This document shows, piece by piece, positions 7,949 to 17,594 of a stretch of 30,798 nucleotides of DNA (position 1 is its first letter; every line of letters starts with the position of its first letter). Both the position numbers and the translations under genes were made by a program. The stretch is from Nitrospinota bacterium (lineage in GTDB: Bacteria > UBA8248). The stretch is from assembly GCA_030754595.1 (NCBI GenBank), contig JASLZZ010000046.1, forward strand, positions 1-30,798, written 5' to 3'. The notes under the pieces were generated by a model. The model did no database searches and was not told where the DNA came from. It was given only the letters and a program-made list of their open reading frames with translations.

Positions 7949-8121
7949 AATGCGTCTCCTTTTGAAATTCAACGCCTTATAGGGTTTAAGGTAATTTAGT
8001 AGGTTAATTATTCGCGCGTAACCGATTGTTATACATGCTATAAACTTTATAAATCGCCCAAATTTCCGTCTATTATCGGGATATCCCCCTCAGCCCCCCC
8101 TTGCCCTCCGCAGGAGCGGTC

Positions 8122-9810
8122 TCAGACCGGGTCGGCCTGGAAGTCGATGCGCCCGCCCTCTCCGCGCTCGAGCCGGGTGACGGCCCGCCAGGCAGCCTCG
8201 TCCGGTTCGGGGTGGTCGAGGCGGAAATGGGCGCCCCGGCTCTCGGTGCGCTCAAGGGCGGCCGTGCCCAGAAGGCGGCCCAGGAGGGCCAGATTCCGCA
8301 CGGACAAGGCGCTCTCGAGCTCCTGACCGCGTACCTTGTCGGAACTCCAGGCCTCATCGGCCAGCCGCATCCGGGGGATATCCTCGCGCTCGATCCGCTC
8401 GTATTCGGCCAGGGCCTCCGAGAGCCCCCCGGCCTCCCGGATGGGGCCAAGCTTCTCGTGGGCGAGCATCCGGCATTTCACGAGAACCTCGCCCTGGAGG
8501 GGGCCCTCCCTTCGGCCCAGTAAGTCCTCCAGCCAGGCCTGCTCGGCCTCGGGTATAGACACCTTGCCCGGCACCTTTTCACCGTTCTTCGCCCCGGCCG
8601 CGGCAGCTCTGCCCGCCCTTCTGCCGAAGACCAACGAGGCCGAAAGGGCGGAGCCGCCTATCCGGTTTCCCCCGTGGATTCCGCCGCCCGTCTCGCCCGC
8701 CGCCCAAAGGCCCGGAACCGTTGTTTTTCCGTCGGCGTCGATTTTGATGCCGCCCAGCCAGGTGTGACTGCCGGGAGCCACCTCGAGGGGGGTGTTTCGG
8801 ATATCGATACCCCGGGAGAGACAGGTTTTATAAACGTGCGGGATCTGCTTTTGAATCACTTCCTCGGGAACTTTTGTCGCGTCCATGAAGATTCCGCCCG
8901 TCAGCCCCGCACGTCCGGCGTGAATCTCCTTGGCCATGGCGAGGATCACCTCGCTCCTCGTGCTTTTTTCCGCCGTATCGGGAAAATAGCGCTTTAAAAA
9001 CTCCTCCCCTTCCCGGTTCCGGAACACAGCGCCCGCGTTGATAAATCCCGTCGGATGAGGCGCAAAACCGAAGAGTTCCTCGGGAGCGCAGCACATGGCC
9101 TGAAAATCGATCATTTCAATGCCCAAGAGAGGCGCCCCCGCCCGAAAACCGAGCACATAACCGTCTCCCGTCACCTGTGGAGGATTATCGTTGACGTAAA
9201 AAAGACCGCTGCCCCCGCCCGTGCATAAGATAATCTCTCTCGCCTGGTAGGCAACGAGCGTGCCGCTCGAGTAATTCACCCCCCATGCGCCCACCACCCT
9301 TCCGCCCATCACGATCAGGTCGACGATTGCGGTGTGCGGGTGCTGCCCGATTCGTGCATCGGCTCGAAGTTTTCGAGAGAGGGTCTTGGTCACCATGTTC
9401 CCGGTGGTGTCGTAATGATGGACCGCTCTGGGGAAGGAATGGCTGGGGAACATTTTGAGATCGAGATTTCCCTGCTTGTTCAAAATAAACTCGGCGCCCC
9501 AAGCTCTCAGGTCATTTACCACCTCGATGATGTCATTCACCCAAACCCCCGCCAACTCGGGGTCAATGAGCTCGCCGCCGAATTTGAGAATTTCCCGGAG
9601 GTGGAGTTCCGGGTCGTCCCCTTCGGCCATGGCGGCGGCGAACCCCCCCCGGGCGACGGTTGTGGTCCCGCTCGTGGCGCGCCCCTTTGTCGCCTGAATC
9701 ACCCGGAGGCCGGTTTCGGCGCATTCGAAAGCCGCCATCGTACCTGCCGCACCACCCCCAACGATGAGAACATCCGTCTCGAAATGCTCCAGAAGAGTTT
9801 CAAACGCCAT
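8122..9810 (-). CDS. FAD-dependent oxidoreductase, succinate dehydrogenase/fumarate reductase/L-aspartate oxidase flavoprotein fold
   Basis: DVLIVGGGAAG, LCTGG, TGDG, GLWAAGE, HGGNRIGG, ERTESRGAHFRLDHP; GGAG RBS. Confidence 0.9.
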   Translation of the reverse strand: MAFETLLEHFETDVLIVGGGAAGTMAAFECAETGLRVIQATKGRATSGTTTVARGGFAAAMAEGDDPELHLREILKFGGELIDPELAGVWVNDIIEVVNDLRAWGAEFILNKQGNLDLKMFPSHSFPRAVHHYDTTGNMVTKTLSRKLRADARIGQHPHTAIVDLIVMGGRVVGAWGVNYSSGTLVAYQAREIILCTGGGSGLFYVNDNPPQVTGDGYVLGFRAGAPLLGIEMIDFQAMCCAPEELFGFAPHPTGFINAGAVFRNREGEEFLKRYFPDTAEKSTRSEVILAMAKEIHAGRAGLTGGIFMDATKVPEEVIQKQIPHVYKTCLSRGIDIRNTPLEVAPGSHTWLGGIKIDADGKTTVPGLWAAGETGGGIHGGNRIGGSALSASLVFGRRAGRAAAAGAKNGEKVPGKVSIPEAEQAWLEDLLGRREGPLQGEVLVKCRMLAHEKLGPIREAGGLSEALAEYERIEREDIPRMRLADEAWSSDKVRGQELESALSVRNLALLGRLLGTAALERTESRGAHFRLDHPEPDEAAWRAVTRLERGEGGRIDFQADPV

Positions 9811-9886
9811 CCAATATCTCCATCTTGAATAAATTCATCCCGCAAAAATGATATCTTCACTCGTCATTACTCAGGGAGGAATAGGA

Positions 9887-11147
9887 CTAGCCTGGTTCTG
9901 TCATTAATTCAAGAAAAGCATTTACACAAGCATCGGCGAATTCGACATCGTTGACGTGCAAATCAAATTCTTCGATACGCCCTTTTTTTAAGTGCTTTTG
10001 CAAGGATGCAGTAAATACACGACCGGTTTCCGGTTGGTACCAGGACCCCATTTCGCGGCCGTCGAAATCGCATGTTTTTTGTTTGGTGTGTGCGCTGTAT
10101 CCATGAAGGGGAATCAGGACGGCAAACGGACCCCGGGCATCATTCAGTCTTTCGGCTACCAAACGGCCTAATGCATCAAATTCCTCGGCATTCGTCCGCA
10201 TCAAGACGTTTTCGGGACTGTACCGAAAAAATTCACGCTCCCTGAAAGAATCCGGAACGTCGCCCACCCAAAAGTTGGAATGGTCGGTGGCGCCCGGAAC
10301 CACCATCTGAGGCAAAGCGGCCTCTCCCGCGGTCCTGAGCCTCACCTCCCCCGCGCTATAAACACCACCGACGATCAAGTCGGTGTGCTCATGAATGGTT
10401 ATATCGATGACACCGGCAAGCTCCCCCAACCCCGCGAGAGACTCCAGGATCCGCCCCTCCGGGCCCGATGCGTGGAGATGAATCACTTCGTAGCCGCACG
10501 CTATCAGCTTATCAGTCACTCGATCAACACAACCCGCCGTGCCACCGAAAGAAGACACGCCCACCAAAGGGGGACATTCCTTGTCCAGGTCTTTTTTTTT
10601 CGGCGCGCGCCTTGGCCATCGTGGCCACTGAGTAGGCAGCGTTTTCCATCACGGCTCGGGTGATTCGATTGATGGACAAATCCCCAGCTGAGGGAAACAT
10701 GACGATATCGCTTTCAGCGACAAACCACTGAACGGCGGCCGTGGCCGCGACGAGGCTGACCATCACCTTGGGAAATAGAAGCGGAAGCGACCGCATCAGG
10801 GCGCAGGGCATCGAAGACCCGTTGGCCCCGCCCACTCCGATAACACCCATAAAATCACCGGCCCGGTATTTGTCGAGAAGAAATATTCTTCCGCCCTCGA
10901 CCATCGCCTCGGCGGAGTAGACTCAATCCATATCCGCCAAATCGTCCCACGAATAGCCCGCGATCCCCGCCAGTTCCCCACCGGTGACCGAAGCTCACTC
11001 GACCTCGTTGGGCCGCATAGAAAGATCCACCAACAGGGGGCGGACTCCCGCCCGGGAAAGGGCATCGCAGACAAAGCGCGCCTCTTCCTTCTTGCTGTTT
11101 AACGTCGCCAAAACGGCGACGGCCACTTCAACCACACTAAAACCCAT
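9887..11147 (-). pseudogene. Tm-1-like ATP-binding domain protein (UPF0261), disrupted
   Basis: AVLATLNSKKEEARF, GVIGVGGANGS, MRSLPLLFPKVMVS, VGVSSFGGT, PQMVVPGATD. In-frame TGA at 10995-10997 and 10923-10925, and a frameshift near the A9 run at 10592-10600. Confidence 0.87.
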
Positions 11148-11181
11148 CAATCAATTGAGTTTAAATAATGCTCCGGATGGA

Positions 11182-12024
11182 CTATTTTTCGAGCTTCACC
11201 GATTTGAACGCTTTGGCCGAAGCGGTAACGGAGTCCTCGATTGGAAGTCTCTCCGCCGAAGAGCCCCCGACGTAGCCATCGAAGCGGGGCTCACGGTTTA
11301 GAAGAGCTTCGAAGTGAGAAGCATTCTCGATGGACCCGCCATGACAGGTATAGATGAGGTCCGGGTACCTGGGAACCATGGCGTCAAGAACCGCCGCCGC
11401 CCTTTGGGCGGACTCGTCCGCGCTCAACACCGTTGTCGACCCGGTTGAGCCACCCGAACTATTACCATAATGAACGATAATATTGTCCACGCCGGCCTCG
11501 GCCATGGCGAGCGCCTCATCGGGCGTTGTGCAAAACGCCTTGGTAAACAATCCCTTACGACTCGCGTATCCCAGAACCTCGACCTCAAGGTAAAATCCCA
11601 TCCCGGTCTCCTCGAGATCGGAACGAAACTTCCCGTCGATCAGGGTGACGGTGGGGCAATTCATCACCCCGTCAAACCCCGCGGCCGCGAGGCTATCAAC
11701 AAAGCGAGTCATCTCCCGAGTGGGGTCCACCCCCAAGACCCCTGCGATAACGGGGCATTCCTTCACAGCTCTTAGAACAAACCTTTCCCCAAGCTCAAGG
11801 GTAATCGCGTTCGCGTCCCCGATTGGCAGATAGCCCGCCATCGAGCTCAGCCCTTGCATCCGGTAGTAAGCTAAATTGAACGTGGTGACGAGGTCGGCCC
11901 CACCGCGGGCGGCGAACTTGGCTGTAATCCCGCTTCCGCAGAGTGCATCGTATATTGCCCGTGACGCTTCGCGCTCGATGCGAAGGCGCGTGACGATTTG
12001 ATCCTTGGTAAATCTCCCTACCAT
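11182..12024 (-). CDS. Phosphoenolpyruvate-hydrolase-like TIM-barrel protein
   Basis: GSGITAKFAARGGADL, YLPIGDAN, PTVTLIDGKFRSDLEETGMGF, CHGG, GYVGGSSAERLPIE; usual partner of UPF0261. Confidence 0.9.
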   Translation of the reverse strand: MVGRFTKDQIVTRLRIEREASRAIYDALCGSGITAKFAARGGADLVTTFNLAYYRMQGLSSMAGYLPIGDANAITLELGERFVLRAVKECPVIAGVLGVDPTREMTRFVDSLAAAGFDGVMNCPTVTLIDGKFRSDLEETGMGFYLEVEVLGYASRKGLFTKAFCTTPDEALAMAEAGVDNIIVHYGNSSGGSTGSTTVLSADESAQRAAAVLDAMVPRYPDLIYTCHGGSIENASHFEALLNREPRFDGYVGGSSAERLPIEDSVTASAKAFKSVKLEK

Positions 12025-12247
12025 CAAATTACCCCCCCCTTCGCACCGAGCAGGCATAGGCCAAGCTGATGCAACTGACACTATATCAATATGTTATATC
12101 GATGGATGGTCCAGACAATGCATCCAATTACCCCCCGCCTTGCAGGGGAATCCACCTTTATGGGAAGATCAACGGCCTAAAAGCGACCATAGGAATTTTA
12201 TACGGTTTCTATTTTTCGATGGATTTTGGTGGTCCCAACCGCCCGAG

Positions 12248-12279
12248 CCGTCCCGCCCTCACTGGGTGGGGCGGCACGG
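12248..12279 (-). terminator. GC-rich hairpin directly downstream of the NYN gene
   Basis: CCGTCCCGCCCC...GGGGCGGCACGG 12-bp stem with 1 mismatch; no clear U-tract. Confidence 0.35.
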
Positions 12280-12286
12280 GGCCACC

Positions 12287-13330
12287 TTACTCCACCGCTT
12301 TCTTTTTCTCTCCTTTATCGGCCACCGTTTTTCCGCTCACTGATTTCTTTCTCTCCGGACGGCGCATTCCACCCACAGTGGATTTTTTCGGACCGGCAGC
12401 CCGCTTGGGAGCTGGAACGCGTTTCGCGACTGGCTCGGCCGGAGATTTTGACGAGAGCACGCCTCCCGAGCCGTTCTCAGGCCCTTTCGGGCTTTGAGAT
12501 CTCTTCGGCCGGGCGGTCCGTCGGGATGATTTTCTTTTGGGTTTTTGGGATTGGCCCTCATCCTCGGCTCTCTCCTTTCGCCCAAACTCCACAATGATAT
12601 AACTTCCGCTCCTCTCGTCCTTACGAAGCTTGATATATCCCCTCTTTTGGACATCCTCCAGCAGGCCGCTGAAACTTCGGTATCCGTGGGCGCTCTCCGA
12701 AAAGGAGGGGCGCTTCCTCTTCATCGTCTCTTTGACAATAGAAGACCAGATGATGGGCACATTTTCCCGCTGGAGCGCATCAACGGAATCGAAAAGAAGG
12801 TCGAAGGCCTCTTTTTTCTGTTTTGGGAGATCGCTATCGACCTGCGGCCTTTGACTGCTATCCGACTCGAGGTCCTCGTGGAAGATAAATTCATCACAAC
12901 TCTCGGCGAGAAGATTTGAAGTCGAACCCCTCATTCCCAAGCCGATCACGTGCTTGCCGTTTTCCTTGAGTTTTGAGACGAGAGGAGAAAAATCACTGTC
13001 ACCTGATGCGATGACAAAAGTCCCGATATGCTCCTTGGCGTAGCACATATCCATGGCATCAACGACCAGGCGAATATCGGCCGAATTTTTGCCAGTCACC
13101 GATCGGTGAGGGACTTCGACCAGTTCGATTCCTGCCTCATGCAGGGCGTCCTTGAATTTCGAGAAACGTGACCAATCGCAATACGCCCGTTTCATTACAA
13201 CCTTTCCTTTTTCTACCAGCCGGGCCAATACCCGGTGGATGTCGAATTCCGCCCGCGTGGAGCGTGTAAACCCCCTCGCGAGGTTTTCAAAATCAATAAA
13301 AAGCGCAATTCCGTCATTTAAATCAGTCAT
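12287..13330 (-). CDS. NYN (PIN-like) domain protein with OST-HTH/LOTUS domain and basic tail
   Basis: ALFIDFEN, KRAYCDW, GKNSADIRLVVDAMD, IASGDSDFSPL, CDEFIF; LOTUS-like KRKRPSFSESAHGYRSFSGLL; GGAG RBS. Confidence 0.92.
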   Translation of the reverse strand: MTDLNDGIALFIDFENLARGFTRSTRAEFDIHRVLARLVEKGKVVMKRAYCDWSRFSKFKDALHEAGIELVEVPHRSVTGKNSADIRLVVDAMDMCYAKEHIGTFVIASGDSDFSPLVSKLKENGKHVIGLGMRGSTSNLLAESCDEFIFHEDLESDSSQRPQVDSDLPKQKKEAFDLLFDSVDALQRENVPIIWSSIVKETMKRKRPSFSESAHGYRSFSGLLEDVQKRGYIKLRKDERSGSYIIVEFGRKERAEDEGQSQKPKRKSSRRTARPKRSQSPKGPENGSGGVLSSKSPAEPVAKRVPAPKRAAGPKKSTVGGMRRPERKKSVSGKTVADKGEKKKAVE

Positions 13331-13459
13331 AATTCTCCCAAACGGAGGCCCGAATGCCTTATTCCATGAGCCCCAAAAGCAAATCCAGCCCCTCCTCGGC
13401 GGTCATTCGGCGCCTGAGGAAGCCGTCAATAGTCCTCGGAAGTTTAACCAATCTTTTGA

Positions 13460-15601
13460 TTAACTGCGATCCGCCAAAGCGCCCTCGCAAACAAGGATGG
13501 CGGCCATGAAAAGAAACAGATAAATCCCCAGATCCAACCTCCCCTCGATCGCGCTTCCAGGCTCGGAATCCTCTGCGCCAACCGCACGAACCGCTAGATC
13601 GAGCCATGGAAGGCGCTCACGCAGTTCGGCTTCGCTCAACGCATCGAGGGAGGCCTCGGAGGCGGGGACATTGGCCGCCACCCATTCTTTTTCGTCAGGC
13701 CCGAGAATCTCGTAAAATCCCGCCCGGTGCGTATTTGTGAATTTCGCCTCTACACGACCCCCTTGAGAGCCCCCCGGATCGTGAAAATCGGGGCGACTCA
13801 AGGAAACACCTCTCAGGCGAGCCGTCCCCTCGATGCCGAAAGGGCCCTTGACCTGTACGCTCTGTCCCACTCGATGGGCCGAGGAGAGAACCCGAATCGG
13901 CTCTCCGGCCTCAATACCCGCCACCGCACCTTCGGACCTGGCTCCCAGGTAATTCACGATTCCCCGGAGGAAGGGAACAAATACCGGACGGACAGGAATA
14001 TCCGTCCAATCCCTGTCGCAGGTAGCGCCCCAAACCGTGATTTTTCCCGCTCCAGCCCGGCCCGCGACCAAAACCGGAGTTCCGTCCTTAAGCGCCATGA
14101 GAACCTGCCCGCCACCGGCCGGTGATAGCGGAGCGACCCGGCGAAGCCGGATCATCGAAAACAATCGCGAGGGATTTATGCCCATCAACGAAAATATCGG
14201 ATGAGCTATGCCCTTCGTAGTGACAACAGCACCCTGCGGGGGCTTGACGCTCCGGGGCTGCCCGAACGCGGCAGGCAGCCACCCTTCCCCGGGCATTCGG
14301 GCTCCCGCGAGTTTGCCGCCTGCAATCAAAAATCCGCCTCCTTGCTCCACATACCGTCGAAGTGATTCGGCGGCTCCTCTAAACCATTTTCCCACATTAC
14401 AAGCGACCACCAAATCGTAGCCGCTCCATTCCGTCCGGCCCATTTCATAACCGGCCACAACCTCAACGAGGATGGGTGAATCTCCCCCCGGCGGCGATGC
14501 ACGCAGTGCATTTGAAATATAAAAAGATTCGCTATCGACCAATCCTCTTCGGGGATCGCCGTCGATGATCAGGACACGATTTCTCCTGCCCATCTCAGCT
14601 GAAAAATAATAGGAATTCGTCGCGCTGAGGGGGTCCGGAGAAAGGACAATGCGTCCTTTTAATGACCCCTCTTTCGGAGCAAGAACGCGGAAACTAACTT
14701 CCTTCTCCTCGCCCGCCTTCAATTCCATTTCGGAAAACCCCGCCCGCGACTCCCCGACAAAAAGAGATACCGAAATACTCTTCCCATCCTTCAGCCCGCG
14801 GTTCGCCACCCAGAAAACCACGGCAAACGTTGCGTCTCTTCTAGGCGGCCAGGGCCGCAGACGAACATCTTGAATTAATATGTCACTCGTTCCGGCCTCG
14901 GGAGCCATTCGAACGAACTGAACCCGGGTATGGGAGTCCACGCGCCTCAATCCTCTGATTCGAAGACCTTCCCAGTCGCTCTTTGCCATATCGCTCAGAA
15001 CAACAATAGTTCTCCGGTCCAGTTGACCCTCGGCTCCCGCCATGGCCATCTTGAGCGCCCGAACCCCATCTCCCGCCGCATCTGTCTGTTCCACCGAGGA
15101 AAGGCGGGCCAGAGCAGCATCCTTGCTCAATCCTCCAGCCGGCTTCGCGGCCCCCGGCCTGGTGGCCCTCGGCCCGGTCGTCGTTAACATCATCACCCTG
15201 TCCCGCGGCGAGAGATTTTCAATCAAACGCCTTGCCGCCCGTTTCGCGAGATCGAAGCGAGTTCCCTCCCCTGCCCGGTAGGCCATGCTCGCCGAGTTAT
15301 CGATTACCACGCTTAAATGATGGGGGGACCAGCTGCCTCCGCCGGCCCACCCTCGTCCGGACAGGAGGGGGCGGGCGGCCAGGAATACGACAAGCAAAAC
15401 CGCCGAAATTCGCAGGGCAAGAAGAATCCAGTTTTTCAACTGGCTTCGCGTGGCGATGCGGCGCTGTGTCTGCAATAAGAACTCATAAGTCGGCAATCGC
15501 ACGATTTTGATCCGCCTCCGCCTAAGGAGGTGAATCAAGATCGGAAGCAAAAAAAGGCCGCTACCCCAAAGGAGATAATTATGAAAAAACTGGAGTCCCA
15601 C
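13460..15601 (-). CDS. BatA-type N-terminal double-TM domain + VWA + Ig-like/GATase-like membrane protein
   Basis: LPILIHLL...LPTYEFL...LLALR...LAARP BatA signature; MIDAS VIDNSASM; IVVLSD; RVLIIDG; C-terminal TM. Confidence 0.88.
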   Translation of the reverse strand: MGLQFFHNYLLWGSGLFLLPILIHLLRRRRIKIVRLPTYEFLLQTQRRIATRSQLKNWILLALRISAVLLVVFLAARPLLSGRGWAGGGSWSPHHLSVVIDNSASMAYRAGEGTRFDLAKRAARRLIENLSPRDRVMMLTTTGPRATRPGAAKPAGGLSKDAALARLSSVEQTDAAGDGVRALKMAMAGAEGQLDRRTIVVLSDMAKSDWEGLRIRGLRRVDSHTRVQFVRMAPEAGTSDILIQDVRLRPWPPRRDATFAVVFWVANRGLKDGKSISVSLFVGESRAGFSEMELKAGEEKEVSFRVLAPKEGSLKGRIVLSPDPLSATNSYYFSAEMGRRNRVLIIDGDPRRGLVDSESFYISNALRASPPGGDSPILVEVVAGYEMGRTEWSGYDLVVACNVGKWFRGAAESLRRYVEQGGGFLIAGGKLAGARMPGEGWLPAAFGQPRSVKPPQGAVVTTKGIAHPIFSLMGINPSRLFSMIRLRRVAPLSPAGGGQVLMALKDGTPVLVAGRAGAGKITVWGATCDRDWTDIPVRPVFVPFLRGIVNYLGARSEGAVAGIEAGEPIRVLSSAHRVGQSVQVKGPFGIEGTARLRGVSLSRPDFHDPGGSQGGRVEAKFTNTHRAGFYEILGPDEKEWVAANVPASEASLDALSEAELRERLPWLDLAVRAVGAEDSEPGSAIEGRLDLGIYLFLFMAAILVCEGALADRS

Positions 15602-15613
15602 TGAATATAGCTC

Positions 15614-16540
15614 CTAAGATCTCAGTTTTGCGCGCCACGCGAGAAACCGGACAAGCCCTTGCTCCAGGGGGTCCGCCGTGGACAGAAGTACGTAATGAAT
15701 GCCTTCATTCCGGCAATGATCCCTGGTGCTCTCCAAGAAATCGCCGAGAATATAGAGATAGGGCTTGCGCACAACTTCGCACTCCACGGTCATGTTCCGA
15801 TCCGTTTCGACATCCTCGACGCGGGCCAACCCCTCGTACGGGAATTCAAGCTCCACGGAATCCAGTACATGAAAAACAATGACGTCATTCCCCTTGAGGC
15901 GAATCAGCCGCAAGGCGCGCGCCACCATTTCGGGGTCATCCAGCAAATCGGAAAAAATCACCGCCATTCCCCGGCGCTTCATCCCCTCGGCGAGCTGTAA
16001 CAGCGACCGGCTCAAACCGGTGCCGCCCCCGGGGCGCTCGGCCTCGAGAGACGCCAAAAGAGCTATCAAATGCCTTCGCAAGGATTTAGACGAAACGATT
16101 CGGTCCTCGGCCTCCCGTGAAATAGTAAGGCCCACCGCGTCCGATTGCCTTAAGAGCAGATGGGAAAGAGATGCCGCCATAGTGGCGGCGTATTCCCACT
16201 TCGTCATCGGCCCCTCGCCAAAATCCATCGAAGCACTGGCGTCAACAAGCAAATGGGAGCCGAGGTTGGTTTCGTTTTCGAATTGTTTGATGAGATAACG
16301 ATCGAACTTTCCGTAAGCTTTCCAGTCGATATGGCGAAACTCATCGCCGGGAGTGTAGGGGCGATGCTCTTCGAACTCGACGCTGAACCCATGGGCGCGG
16401 CTTCTGTGGATTCCGCTCATCAGGCCCTCGACCACATACCTTGCCCGCAACTCTAGGCCGGATATCCGGGACACGACCGAGGGATCGAAAAACCGGGTTT
16501 CCACCGGTCCGGTGGCTGATAGATTCGGAGAAGAGTTCAA
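15614..16540 (-). CDS. DUF58 (VWA-like) protein
   Basis: GIHRSRAHGFSVEFEEHRPYTPGDEFRHIDWK, IKQFENET, LLVDASASM, VIFSDLL; TTGA overlap with MoxR. Confidence 0.93.
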   Translation of the reverse strand: MNSSPNLSATGPVETRFFDPSVVSRISGLELRARYVVEGLMSGIHRSRAHGFSVEFEEHRPYTPGDEFRHIDWKAYGKFDRYLIKQFENETNLGSHLLVDASASMDFGEGPMTKWEYAATMAASLSHLLLRQSDAVGLTISREAEDRIVSSKSLRRHLIALLASLEAERPGGGTGLSRSLLQLAEGMKRRGMAVIFSDLLDDPEMVARALRLIRLKGNDVIVFHVLDSVELEFPYEGLARVEDVETDRNMTVECEVVRKPYLYILGDFLESTRDHCRNEGIHYVLLSTADPLEQGLVRFLAWRAKLRS

Positions 16541-17589
16541 GCGGCCTCCGTAGCCTCGGCGGGAGGCTGAACCGAGTCCAGTAGTTTTTGGACAAGAGTC
16601 TCCGAATCGATACCTTCGGCCTGGCCCCTGAAGTTCACAATAATCCTATGCCGAAGAACCGGTTTGACCAGTTTGCGCACATCCTGTATCGAGGCCGCAT
16701 ACCGGCCGTGAAGGAGCGCACGCGCCCGGGCTCCCAGGATAAGATACTGACTCGCCCGGGGACCCGCCCCCCATTCCACGAAATCACGGACAAAATCAGG
16801 GGCGCTTTCATCATCGGGCCGTGAGGCGCGTGCCAGCGCTACCGCATAATCCACCATATAAGGCGCCGCCGGAACCCGCCTGACAAGGGCTTGATAGGAG
16901 AGTATCTGATCACCGTTGAGAACTTTTTCCAAGACGGGAATGTAGTCCGAAGTTGTTTGCGCGACTATTTCCGATTCCTCGGCGAGACTCGGATAATTCA
17001 CTGAAATTTCAAACATGAACCGGTCCAGCTGCGCCTCGGGAAGCGGATAGGTACCCTCATGCTCAATGGGATTCTGAGTGGCAAGCACAAAAAACGGGGG
17101 CTCCAGGTCGTGGGTTTGCCCACCCGCCGTGACCTTTTGCTCCTGCATTGCCTGCAGAAGGGCGGATTGGGTTTTAGGCGGCGTGCGGTTGACCTCGTCG
17201 GCGAGGAGAATCTGGGAGAATACGGGACCTCGAATAAACCGGAAGATGCGCCGCCCCTCGGTGGTTTCGTCGAGGATGTCCGTACCCGTGATGTCCGAGG
17301 GCATCAGGTCGGGGGTGAACTGAATGCGGTTAAATTTCAACTGAAGCACTTCGGCAAGCGTACGAATCAGCAAGGTCTTGGCCAACCCCGGCACACCCAC
17401 CAGGAGGCAGTGCCCCTTCGAGAAAAGAGATATCAAAACAAGGTCGAGAACATCCACCTGACCGATGATGACTTTCCGCACTTCGTTCAGAATCTCTTCC
17501 CGCGCTTTTCTGATTTCACGGGCCACCTCGATATCGGCCTGATCCATTTCTTGTCTTTTGCCTGTGTCATCCGTTGGATTTTCGCTCAT
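16537..17589 (-). CDS. moxR: MoxR-family AAA+ ATPase
   Basis: Walker A GVPGLAKT, RIQFTPDLMPSDITG, Walker B LLADEVNR, ATQNPIEHEGTYPLPEAQLDRF, GAGPRA, VLRHRI. Confidence 0.95.
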   Translation of the reverse strand: MSENPTDDTGKRQEMDQADIEVAREIRKAREEILNEVRKVIIGQVDVLDLVLISLFSKGHCLLVGVPGLAKTLLIRTLAEVLQLKFNRIQFTPDLMPSDITGTDILDETTEGRRIFRFIRGPVFSQILLADEVNRTPPKTQSALLQAMQEQKVTAGGQTHDLEPPFFVLATQNPIEHEGTYPLPEAQLDRFMFEISVNYPSLAEESEIVAQTTSDYIPVLEKVLNGDQILSYQALVRRVPAAPYMVDYAVALARASRPDDESAPDFVRDFVEWGAGPRASQYLILGARARALLHGRYAASIQDVRKLVKPVLRHRIIVNFRGQAEGIDSETLVQKLLDSVQPPAEATEAA

Positions 17590-17594
17590 ATGCG

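Noticed and set aside
8122..9810. Naming as sdhA, frdA or nadB
   Set aside because: Key His motifs are absent and there are no partner subunits or NAD biosynthesis genes nearby.
3555..11147. Stop-codon reassignment, pyrrolysine or selenocysteine to explain five in-frame TAG/TGA codons
   Set aside because: TAG and TGA both end many intact genes in this window at family-typical C-termini, the internal stops are confined to two genes, and one of those also has a frameshift.
12050..12066. Sigma-54 promoter upstream of the TIM-barrel gene (TTGGCCTATGCCTGCT)
   Set aside because: GG-to-GC spacing is 9 nt rather than the required 10.
12287..17589. Anti-phage defence system (NYN nuclease + MoxR + VWA)
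   Set aside because: MoxR and DUF58 are of the ordinary 'MoxR proper' type, the partners are membrane or exported proteins, and the region looks like stable core genome. Nothing in the sequence supports a defence role, though it cannot be excluded.
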